Source: Azolla caroliniana (lineage: Eukaryota; Plantae; Polypodiophyta). From it: a DNA stretch of 64,000 nt. Both the position numbers and the translations under genes were made by a program. Below are positions 1 through 12,200 of the stretch, piece by piece (the first letter of the stretch is position 1; each line of letters opens with the position of its first letter). The DNA lies in the NCBI GenBank assembly GCA_043228905.1, contig JBHGNT010000002.1:26102001-26166000 (forward strand). Reading direction: 5' to 3'. The notes beneath the pieces were generated by a model. That model made no database searches, was not told the DNA's origin, and was given only the letters and a program-made list of their open reading frames with translations.

Positions 1-515
1 TACTCAGACACACCCATGCGCATATGAACTCACACACATGTGCACGCACATACATATAGATACTATTATGTTTTTCTCCTTCTATTGATTTCCTTATTCA
101 CAACATCGACGATTTCCCGTTTTAACTGCATTTGGTCATTTAATGCTTTCTTTTCGTGTTTGTGTTCCTTGAAGGGATTCTCTGCTTTTCTCATGAGATA
201 TTTTTTTAATCAGATTAGATCTGATTTCATTATTCCCGAAACATTTTATCTTTTTCAAGTTCAATGCTAGATAATGGAAACAAAATCTCATTATTATTTA
301 AGGATTTAGAGAGAACTGATGCCTATTTCTAATTGATTTATATTGGATTATAGATTAGCTACTCTGAAAGAATTGATTACCCTACTCTATCAATGCATCA
401 CTTGAGTAGCTATAAACAATCTAATAAAAAAGGATTATTTTTACTGTATTCTGTGATCTTCAATGTTTTACGTAATCTAGTATCGGCATATTTAAAAGGT
501 AAAAACACTGAAGTT

Positions 516-752
516 CGTTCTTATTTGTTTCCCACAATTCCTTGAGTTTTCATTATTTCCCCAACTGTCCTCAATCAATCCTCCTGAAGAGAGAGAAATG
601 ATTATCCAATTACTCAAGTAGCACATCTAACTGAAGAAGTGGATGAATTGGCCATATGATTGCCCAAATAGCAGGTATCATTTTCTTGAGTGGGGGCTGT
701 CAAATGCATTTGGGGAAATAATGGAAGGGCGTTTGGGGAAATAAATAAAACT
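516..752. repeat. Degenerate inverted repeat (possible old MITE/foldback)
   Basis: Left arm ttatttgtttccc...cattatttccccaa pairs with right arm ttggggaaataatg...ttggggaaataaataa. No clear TSD seen. Confidence 0.4.
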
Positions 753-903
753 GAGAATTTATGTAGTTAACATGCTCTGACTGTTGGCACATTGTTTCCC
801 ATAAGATATATTGATATGGTAAATGTGGTCATGTGATTGAGTATATATCTTACTAATCTTGAAAAATTATGTTTGTATTATGTAGCATCCAAGTTTGCTT
901 AGT

Positions 904-3900
904 ATGGCATCTGAAGGAAGGGATGGGAAATCTGATGTGGAGCGAGACACTGATGATGAAAGAAGGGGCAAGACAAAAATAGGTGCACTGAGAGCGATAG
1001 CAAAGATGAATTCAAAGAAGCTAAGAAACTCATTGACAAGGCGACGAAGGAAACATGTTGGCACACTTGAAATTAGAGACATAAGGGATGAGCAAGACCA
1101 GATAGCAGTTGAGGGGTTTCGCCAAATACTTCTGGAAGAGAATCTGCTACCAGCTCGACATGATGATTATCACATTCTCCTAAGGTTAGCTTTCTACCAT
1201 GAATATTAGCCAAAGAAGAGAATTAAGATATTTGCGATGACTTTAATTGCTGCTTATTGTTCTGATCTCGTTCTAAGAGGTTCAATGTATCATGTCCTTA
1301 CCGTATTATTGTTATTTTTACATGGAAGGTTAGCTTTCTACCATGAATATTAGCCAAAGAAGAGAATTAAGATATTTGCGATGACTTTAATTGCTGCTTA
1401 TTGTTCTGATCTCGTTCTAAGAGGTTCAATGTATCATGTCCTTACCGTATTATTGTTATTTTTACATGGAAGGTTAGCTTTCTACCATGAATATTAGCCA
1501 AAGAAGAGAATTAAGATATTTGCGATGACTTTAATTGCTGCTTATTGTTCTGATCTCGTTCTAAGAGGTTCAATGTTTCATGTCCTTACCGTATTATAGT
1601 TATTTTTACATGGGATTGATTGTTTATGTGAAAGTGTGGAAGGAACAATATGAGATGCATATATAGGCATTGCTGTTGAATATTTTTAGTCAAATTTTGT
1701 ACGTATGGTTTGATGCAATGTGCAAGGTATAAATGAACAATTTTTCATCTGTATATAGAGAGTTAGCCCGTGCTCCATTTTGCAAAGTATTTGTTCTATG
1801 AAATTAGTTTAGTGCTTTTGATGCAATGCAGCTGATGCTTTTGAATTTATTGGACTATTATTGGTTTTATTATTTAAGCAAAGCTTTTCTAAGATATTTT
1901 ATTTTTCTAATGTTTTAATTCAGGTTTTTGAAAGCTCGCAAATTTGATATCTTAAAAACCAAAAAAATGTGGGTTGATATGCTTCAATGGAGAATGGAGT
2001 TTTGTGCAGATACAATTGAGGAGGTAGGAAATCTATCTACATAAGTTTCAGATGTAAAGATTAGTTCAATGCAAATTAATTGTAACTCATATCAATGCAA
2101 ACTTTTGCTATATATTGTCAAAGAAAGTGGGTACATTGTATGTCTTGATAGATAAGTTATGATGATTTTGGCTTGGACATCCTTGGAATTGTCTGTAAAA
2201 GTTTTTCTCTAATTTGAATATTAATGATAAATTCCCTTTTTTGTTTTTAGGATTTTCATTATACTGAGATTAATGAAGTGAAGAAATACTATCCTCATGG
2301 CTCACATGGAGTGGACAAAGAGGGGAGGCCTGTGTACATAGAGAGACTATGGCAGGTTCAAGCTAACAAGCTGATGCAAGTCACTTCTATGGACAGATTC
2401 CTCAAGTACCATGTTCTAGAGTTTGAGAAGTCCTTGAATAAGAAATTCCCAGCATGTTCGGTCGCAACAAAGAGACACATCGACTCTACAACAACCATTC
2501 TTGATGTTCATGGTTTGGTATGTTGCAATCTGTTTTATTTCTTAAGATATTTCAGATGTTGTACTACTGATCTTCTTCTTTCTTAAATCTTGAAATGTAC
2601 AAAGTATGGTGCTTTGACTCCGGTTTCAATCAATTTTTTTTAAGATATCAACTTTTGGGAACTAAATATTTGAATCTCCATGGTTTTATGGTTTTATGGA
2701 GGTTGCTTATTTTCTCTTCTTAATTTCGTGTGTATATTGTTATTATTGCCACTTTACTTGAAATATATGCTGATAATGAGATTTGTTCAATGCTGTCTAT
2801 TTACGGGCAGGGTATTCTGAGCTATAACAAAACAGCCAAAGAACTTCTGGCACAGATCCAAAAGCTTGATTCAGAAAACTATCCAGAAGTGGGTCCTTTA
2901 TGAGTTAGTATTTGCATTAATAAATTTTCTATCTCATGTCTACTACATTAATGTTTTTTCTTTTGTATTCCAGACATTGCATAGGATGTTCATTGTGAAT
3001 GCTGGGCCAGGATTCAGGCTTATATGGAATTCGATTAAAGGGTTTTTAGATCCAAAAACTGCAGCAAAAATAACTGTAAGTAGTTTTGTAACCCTTACCA
3101 TTTAATATGAAAACGTTTTTTTAAATTTTGTCCTCAATTCTTAGTTGTTCTGTGGGGTATTGTTTAGTAAGAATGTATAAAATAAAGAAATCTTGATTTA
3201 ATCAATGTAATGTAATGTACTTTGTTATCTCAAGAGGACTTTTTAGTATAACTTCCATTATTGATCCTACTTATACAGTTTAATCTAATTTATATGTTCC
3301 TCTCCCTGCAACTTTAATTTTTGGCTTTCATTGTGAGGTTAGGTACAAATCATTGTATATAGGGATAGTAATATTTGGTGTATCAGACAGCTAAAAATGA
3401 TCATGGAATGGGGCTGAGCCGATGGTTAGATTTGAAGTTGTTCAATGTTATGACTTCTACAGAAATAAAATGTTACATTAATGTATTTGAAATGCCAAAT
3501 GACCTATCAGACCAAAAGATACATCCACGTGAGGAGGGAGGGAGAGGGGAGAGAGATAGATAGATTGAGAGAGTGAGAGAGAGAGAGTGACAGAGAGAGA
3601 GCTGTTTTTGTAGGTGTTAGGAAATAAGTTCCAAAGCAAACTTCTAGAGGTGATTGATGCAAGGTATTTATCGTCTTTGAAAAAATTTCAATATCTCAAA
3701 ATATATGTTAAATTAGAGTTGAATTTGACTTTTATCAATGTCAATAGATCGTAAAACATTTGAAAAGGGTTTTGGAAAGTTGAATCTAGTTTCTTTGCAC
3801 TGTATACAGTCAGCTGCCAGATTTTCTTGGTGGAGATTGTCGTTGCCCAAATGAGGGTGGGTGTATGTACTCTGATAAAGGTCCGTGGAACGATCCAGTT

Positions 3901-6900
3901 ATTATGCAGGTAAAGATGTGTATTTGTTTGTTTATTTTCAATTACATTGTGAGTTTTATCTATTACTCTAATATCCCAAAAGTATATCTGCTGATCTAAT
4001 ATAATGTCAAATTTATCTATTACTTCGCTCCATTTTTCGTTGTGTGAATATTTTTTATATTTTGTAATGTCATATTGGAGTGAATATCAATTACTTGTTA
4101 GCATTGATATTTTTTTATCCTCTGCTTAGAATCAGAGCTCAAGTTTTCAAATTTGAGTTGCTGATCTATCTCTTATCATTCCGATATCCCAAAAGGATCT
4201 AATATAATGTCAAATTTATCAATTACTTCGCTCCATTTTTCGTTGTGTGAATATTTTTTATATTTTGTAATGTCATATTGGAGTGAATATCAATTACTTG
4301 TTAGCATTGATATTTTTTTATCCTCTGCTTAGAATCAGAGCTCAAGTTTTCAAATTTGAGTTGCTGATCTATATTTCTCTTATCATTCCGATATCCCAAA
4401 AGTTTATCTGCTGATCTAGTAATAATGTCAAATTTATTCATCACTTCACTATACTGATTATTTTAGCCTTTTCTTCCTTGTGTGAATCTTTTTTTCTCTT
4501 TGTTAACATCGATATTTTTTTTACACTCAGAATCAAAGCTCACATTTTTCAAATTTGAGTTGCTGATCTATATTTCACTTTAGAGAGCAATAAAAAATCT
4601 ATTTTTTGATAATTTTTTATAACCACAAATATGCTAAATCAAAGACCGAAGGTTTTGAAAATTGTACCAGACCTTTGAGCTAGAGTTCAAATCATTAACT
4701 TGGCCAACTTCAAATATGGCCAACTTCAAAAATAGAAAATATATGTGAAAATTGTACCAGGCCTTTGAGTGTGAGTTAAAATTATTAACTTGGCCAACTT
4801 CATAAAGAGGAAATATCTGATTTATTAATACTGACTTTTTTGTTGAAGAATATGCCAATAAAATAAGGATATTCTTGGAGCTGTTTATTGATCTGAGGAT
4901 TTTTTTCCTGCAAGAAATTGATCTATTGATTACTTCTATCAATTTCGTATGGTAGTTGTGCTAAGAAGTCAGCTCATTGCTTATCCGTCCATGAATAATA
5001 TTTGCAATTTTCATCTGCAATGATTCCATATTTCATTCAAGAAATAGATCCATAATAAATGCCCTAATCAGTTCCTTATTTCTTATGGTAGTTGTGCTAA
5101 GGTTTGTCAGCTCATTGTTCATCCATCCATGGGTAGTATTTGCGTATTTCATCTGCATGGATTCCATATTTCATTCAAGCAATAGATCCATAATAATTTT
5201 CTTAATCAATTCCTTCTGATAGTTTTGTGATAATATTTTGTTAATACATTGTTCACACATGCATGAGTAGTACTTTTGTCCAACTTTACAGAGAGCAGAA
5301 AGGAGATGAAAATCATTCACATCACTTCGGAATTTTTAAGGATATTTTTCATTGTTCATGCATCCATATTTAGCACTTTTGTCAGGCTGTAAGGATTTAG
5401 TTTTACACAGGCAGAAGAAAGGAGATCAAAATTGTTCATCTCTTTGATATTTTCCCATTAGATTTAATGATATTTTTTCCATTAAGGAATACCTTCTTTG
5501 ACTGAGCATATTTAAGTAAATTTGAACCATATTGGCATGTTTTAAGTAAATTTCTTCTGTGCATCTGTGTATAGATATGATTTTTAAGTAAAAACAGAAT
5601 GGGGGTTTGGATATTTGAAATAACTGACATTAAAGGTTGGATTTCAGGCAGTTATGGATGGTGACGTAAAGAAAGCAAGACATATTGTCACTGTGTGTGA
5701 TGGTGTGGAGTATTCCATGAAAACTATGTCGAGAAAGGTTGATAGCTTTACACATCACTATCGTATATTTACATTACTCTAATGAGAAGCTAAAGTATTT
5801 CAGTAGGTTATTTTTTAAGTGGAGATTATATTTACTTTCTTTATAAAAATACATTAAAAACAATTGCTGTTAGTAATTCAAAATCAAGAAGTTCTTTATG
5901 TATGTCTATAAATGCCATTTTATAAGTTTTGAAATTTTATTCTAGAGCAAAGAATCAGATTTATCTACAGCTGAGTCTGGGTCAGATGTGGATGATGTTT
6001 TGTCACCTCAAAGCAGTATTGTACATCACCCCACGTTGACTCCTGTTCGGGAAGAGGTATTATTATTTCTTTCTGTTAATCTTTCCTCCGTTATATTTTA
6101 TTAAACTCACATACCATTAAATATGAAAGGACAAAAGCAAACTAAAATATTATGTTGCATATTTACTGAAAAGGTAGGAAATTTAGTGATCCAGATGCTT
6201 TTCAAGTCTTTAAAACACTCATATGTAAATTGAAGTAGAAGGTTGTGTTATTTAGAGACAAAGAGAAATTCTAGTGGATAGATGCTTGTGTTCATATAAT
6301 AACTGACAGCAAACAAGCTCTTTGAATCTGTAAGACAGCTTTACGAAAACTGGTAATTGATGGAAACCTAGTACCATATGCGGTTTAATAGATTTAGTTA
6401 TGTCATGAAATGTAGAACGTGCAAGCTCTTGAAATTAGGCGTATTTTCTTTAACAATATTTTTGGATGGTTTATTTCATTTTGTTAAAGATTTGGCTTTT
6501 TCTTCTATTTATTTAGTAGATGTTTAAATTAATTTCAGATGTGGCATCTAGTGTGTTGTGTTTGATAGAAAACTTACCAAACTAATGCTTTTAAGTTTGA
6601 TAAAAAACTTATCTAACAATTATTATTATTTTTTCTTTTACTTAGTTACGAGGAAATGCAAGTAGGACCTTAGCTGAAATGGCACCATCTCGAGACTTAA
6701 TGAGGGCAGAATCAATCCCAGTAGTGGATAAGGCCATTGATTGTGGATGGAGAGGAGACATTTCAATCAAGAATGTCGAAGGTCTCTCTTTTTCTCCCTT
6801 TCAATTCTAATATATTGACCCTTGCGATAAGCTACTAGGCTGTATCAAAAAAGCCCTTCACCATGTAGCAGTTATCCTACTCTACATGCTACATCGGTGT

Positions 6901-8079
6901 ATCAAACTGATGACCTCACGCCCTTTCTTCACTATGTACTCTTGCATATGCCATTCTATACTGGATATAAAGTTTCTGATTCCAAAAATGTTTTTTGTAT
7001 CCCAGGGAACATGACAATGGAATATATGGTTCTACCTCTTGGCAAACTATTTCAGGGGATACTAGCAGTTGTTATGGTTATTTTTGTCAACCTTGCGTCA
7101 GCTGTTCGTTCATTTCCCCGTCCAAGTAACAACAAAAATATGGGAGCCAAACATCTAAACACTTACTCTAGGCCTCCCCAATTCCAAGGTATACAACCCT
7201 CAAATGTTGATGCTCAATATCCATTCTATCCATCAGTGTATGTAGACACTTCACCCGGCATCCGGAGGAGGTTGGATAGGTTAGAAGAAAAGATTACCCT
7301 CTTGAGTAAGGTTCAAGATCCTTATTCTTCAAAGGAAGCCCTTCTGGATGCGTCGTTGGATCGCATACGGTTTTTAGAGGCAGAATTGGCTGAAACTCGC
7401 AAGGTAAGTGGGCAAATATCTTCACATTGTTTTTGGTGATATAAAGTAGGACAAATATATGATTTTAGCTTTAATAAAAAATTTGCATACACATGTTATA
7501 TATATAGATACACGGGTTATTTATATGTATTCGTACACCATATACATATACATGTTTTGTAATAATCTTTGATAATACACACCATATACATATATACATG
7601 TTTTGTAATCATCTTTGATAATATTAAGTTTTGTATTTGTAATATGATTTTTGCTTTAATAAAAAAATTGCATACACATTATATATATAGATACACAGGT
7701 TATTTATATGTATTCGTACACCATATACATATGCATTTGCAGATACATGCATATACATAGAAATACACAAACGTGGGCCTGCACATCCACAAATTGGTCT
7801 TATGGGTTCTCTTGATGTCTTTTTAGACTTTACGAGCGGTGCTTGAAAAGCAAACGGATTTATATGATTGTCTTCAAGACTTGAAAGAACAGAAATGGAA
7901 GGTTAGAAAAGCCAAGCTGAGAACACATTTTTTTAATTATGGCTAAAACCTCAAATTTTTTATGCTTCCAGCTCAAATTCTTAATATATGTAAATGATAA
8001 CCTAAAGAATTATGTTTCACTGATTAATTATTTTTTGATATTATTTTTCTTGTTTTAGAGGAAAGGAAGCTGTTGGTGA
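904..8079 (+). CDS. SEC14/CRAL-TRIO phosphatidylinositol/phosphatidylcholine transfer protein with C-terminal nodulin-like domain (SFH family), ~602 aa, 13 coding exons
   Basis: Exons joined in frame with GT-AG: 904-1184, 1924-2023, 2251-2517, 2811-2888, 2974-3075, 3614-3663, 3810-3909, 5648-5737, 5946-6056, 6646-6781, 7006-7403, 7827-7901, 8059-8079 (1809 nt). SFH-type motifs: [17 protein letters not shown], [20 protein letters not shown], [64 protein letters not shown]-terminus KWKRKGSCW*. Acceptor at 884-885 implies an upstream 5'UTR exon. Confidence 0.93.
1182..1613 (+). repeat. Near-perfect tandem repeat, 3 x 144 bp, beginning at a SEC14 5' splice site
   Basis: Unit AAGGTTAGCTTTCTACCATG...TTTTACATGG with the GT at 1185, 1329 and 1473. 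The third copy differs by about 2 substitutions. Confidence 0.95.
3971..4580 (+). repeat. Intronic tandem repeat, ~3 x 210 bp
   Basis: Unit starting atatcccaaaag at 3971, 4184 and 4391. Copies 1 and 2 are nearly identical and copy 3 is diverged. Confidence 0.85.
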
Positions 8080-9238
8080 TGCAACAGAAATCTTAAATCT
8101 CCTCATGCCAACTTTGCAATGGTCACAAGTTTCAAGGATGATTAACGGAATGAATTGGAGAGTTATATTCTCAAAAGCGAATATCATCAAAAAAGATGAA
8201 ATCTCGAAATGTAGTTGCGAATATCATAGAAAAAAAGGAATCATGAAATATAGTTTATCTATGATTTACACATGGAAAGCTTGTGATAAAAAGAAGGGAA
8301 GAAATCTGGTCATTGACCATCTTAGGAACTTTAATGGAGATAATTTTTTGTCATCAGGGTTCTTCTCTATAAAATTAATATATTATTTTCTTTAACATTT
8401 TGACTTCGGGTTTTGTTGTTTGAAATTTGAGACTTGATAATATTCTTTGAGCCAATGCTTTCTACCTGTTACATAAAAGAGGAATCAATGATAGAAAGAG
8501 ATAGTTGATCGTAGTGTAAGAACGTGTTGTAGAAAGCATTAAATTCCTAAGGACTTTGAGATTCATTATCCCCATGCATTTACAAAGGAATTTTAGAAAT
8601 GTGAAATTGCATAGTATTATGTTTCAATACTGTATTGTGGAGAAATTATTGAATTTTAACCAGCATAAATTCCAGAATGTTTAACTTCAATAATTAAGGT
8701 GAGGATTCACAATTATTGTCTAATGTGAGTACTAAACAGTTGAGCAAATCATTTAATGATGGGTAGCACAATGAGGTGTATTCTCTACCAGCAACCAAAC
8801 TGCTATTCTAATCTTTTAACGATAGGCCAAATCTGTTGTGAAAGATTTTACTTTCCTTTGATTTGTGAGTACAATAAAAAGGGAAAAAATCAAAACATCT
8901 ATCCAGCTTAACAAGGTTATAACAATTAAATCCAAAACGTTCCGTTAGAAATAAAAGGTTATAATGTGTTTAAAACATAATTATTTTATTGTAGAGGGTA
9001 ATGAAAATTTTAACCTGAATTTGTTTTCTGAGTATTGTGAACTGTTTCCCAAGTGGATCCAGTTTTCATGTTCCAATAAATGGAAAGGATCAAATATTTT
9101 CTATATACTTCACAAATTTACAAGTTAAGCAGATGATTTGTTCATCTGACTAATTCTCATTACCCAGCAGCACCTCTTCATTGCATAATATTCCACGCAT
9201 TTGATGCTTCCAACATAGAGCAACACTGGCATGATTCA

Positions 9239-12200
9239 TTAACCACAAAACGGAGCGACACTGTCCAAGCTGCTTCTTCTCTGTTGTATTCTCAATGTCT
9301 CTGTATTTCTTGCATCTTCATGTAAGCCAGCACTGGCATAAATATTAACCATACAAGTATACGCAGCCCCACCAGTATTATCAATCATTATTGCTTGTTC
9401 AAAACACACATGTCCAAGTTTTACATTACCCCATGTTTGACATGCACCCAGAAGAGTACACCAGACCGGATAATTTGGGGAATCCATGCTTTTTATCACT
9501 TCCATTGCCTTATCAAAGAGCCCAACTCGACCAAATAGATCAACCATGCATGTTTGATGCTCTAAACTTGGACTCATCCCATATGTGTTCACCATCTTTG
9601 TATAGTACATCTGACCTTCATTCAATAGTCCTGAATGGCTACATGAACTCAAAACTGAGAGAAATGTGACCACATCGGCAAATTGACCCTCAATTTGCAT
9701 CCTTTTGAAAGCATTCAATGCTTGCCAAGTACAGCGTTGTTGGGCATACCCTGAGATCAATGCATTCCAAGTGACTGTATCTCGGTTGAGAAGCTTATTG
9801 AATAGCTCCTGTGCCTTTCCTAGGTCACCACATTTGGCATACATATCTATTAATGCATTGCCAAGCATAATATGCTTGTTTAGCAAGCCCTTGGCAACGA
9901 TCTCATCATGAATTTTTGTGCCCTTATCGATGGCTCCCATGCTCCCACACACCTTCAAAATACAAGTGAATGTGAATGCATCGGGAGAAAGGCCATCGGC
10001 TCGCATCTGTCTGAGACAGTTAAAGGTTTCCTCACTCATTGCCAATTGAGTATATCCTGAAATCATTGTATTCCATGAAACTATATCTCGAACATTAAGT
10101 TCATCGAACACCTCTTGTGCTCTTCTTACATCACCACATTTGGTGTACATATCCACCAACGCATTACCAAGCATAATATGCTTCTCAAGAAAACCCTTAT
10201 CCACAATCTCGTCATGGATTTCTTGCCCCATATCGATAGCACCAATGATGCCACACGCTTTTAAGATACAAGTAAATGTAACCACATCTGGACAAATGCC
10301 ATTGCCTTTCATTTGCTCAAAACATTTGCATGCATTCTCACCCTCCCCTTTGTGAACATATCCTGTGATCAATGCATTCCATGCAACTATGTCTCTAATA
10401 GGAAGCTCATCACATACTTGTCGCGCTTTTGATAATGCTCCACATTTGACATACATATCAACCAGAGAATTACCTATAACAACATCTTTTCTCAACCATC
10501 CCTTGCTTAAAATCTCATTGTGAATTTGTCTTCCCTTATCTAGTGCTTCTATGCTGCTGCATGCTTTCAAGATGCAGCTGATGGTAACCGAATCTGGTGT
10601 AACACCATCATTTTGCATTATTTGAAAACGGTTCAATGCATCTTCACCATATCCATGTTGGGAATACCCTGCTATTAAAGCATTCCATGATATCACATCT
10701 CGAACAAGAAGCCCATCAAACACTTGTTGTGCTTTAAGTAGATCACCACATTTTCCATACATATCGACAAGAGCATTGCCCAATATTGCATCTTTCCCCA
10801 ACAATCCCTTGCTCACAATCTCTTCATGAATTTTTCTCCCCTTGTCGAGTGCCTTGATGCTACCACATGCTTTCAAGATACTGGTGAATGTGATAGCATT
10901 TGGAAAGAGGCCATCATTTTGCATCTTTTCAAAGCAAATCAATGCTTCTTCACCATGCCCTTGCAAGGTGTATCCAGTAATGAGAGAATTCCAAGAGGCT
11001 TCATCACGAATCGGAAGCTCATTGAGTACTTGTTTTGCTTTTGGAAGCATACCACACTTGGCATACATGTCCACTAAAACATTGCCAAGAAGGAAATGCT
11101 TTTCTAACAATCCTTGGTTAACTATTTCCTCATGAATCTGCTTACCCCTATCAATTACTCCCATATTGCCACATGCTTTCAACAAGCAAGTGAATGTAAC
11201 CACATTTGGATGAAAACCATCACTTTTCATTTCCTCAAAACACTTGAATGCAGCTTTAACTTTCCCATTCTGAGCAAATCCACCAATCAATGCATTCCAA
11301 GAGACCTCATCCCGAACAGGAAGCTCATCAAACACCTGTTGTGCCTTTGCCATTACACCACATTTTGAATACATATCAACTAGAGCATTTCCAAGGGCAA
11401 TACTTTTCTCCAACCAGCCCTTTTTCACAATCTCCTCATATATTTGTTCACCCTTACTGATTGCTCTTATGTTGCCACATGCCTTCAAGACGTAAAGAAA
11501 GATGATTGTATCTGGAAATTTGTTGTCACATCGCATTTGTTCTAAACAATCCAACACATCCAGAAACTGATCTTGCTGAATATATCCAGCCATCAGCATA
11601 GACCATGATCCTACATCGCGAATTGGAAGCTCATAAAGTACATGTCTCGCCTCTGCCAATCTACCACATTTCGCATACATATCGACCACAGCATTGCCAA
11701 GCACAGTATGCTTTTCTAGCAATCCCTGATTGACAATCTCATGGTGAATTTGTTTGCCCTTATCAACTGCTCCTATGTTTCCACAAGCCTTCAAGATGTC
11801 AGCGAAAGTGTTCACATCGGGTGATTGACCATCATATTGCATCGTTTCAAAATAATTAAAAGCATCATTAAGTTGACCATGTTGGGCATATCCCACAATC
11901 AATGAATTCCAGGAGCTTACATTTTGGATAGGAAGCTCATTAAAAACTTCCTGTGCTTTTGCCAGTGCACCACATTTAGCATACATGTCCACCAGACAGT
12001 TTCCCAAAACAATATCTTTTTGTAACAACCCATTACGAATGATCTCATCATGGATTTGTTTTCCTTTATCAAGTGCTCCTATCCACCCACATACCTTCAG
12101 CATACAAGTAAAGGTGATTGAGTCAGGTGAGGTCCCACCAATTTGCATACATTCAAAACAATTCCATGCATCTTCACCTTGCCCTTTCTGGACATAGCCA

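Noticed and set aside
1182-1613. CRISPR-like array
   Set aside because: The units are contiguous 144-bp copies with no unique spacers, no cas genes are present, and the context is a eukaryotic intron.
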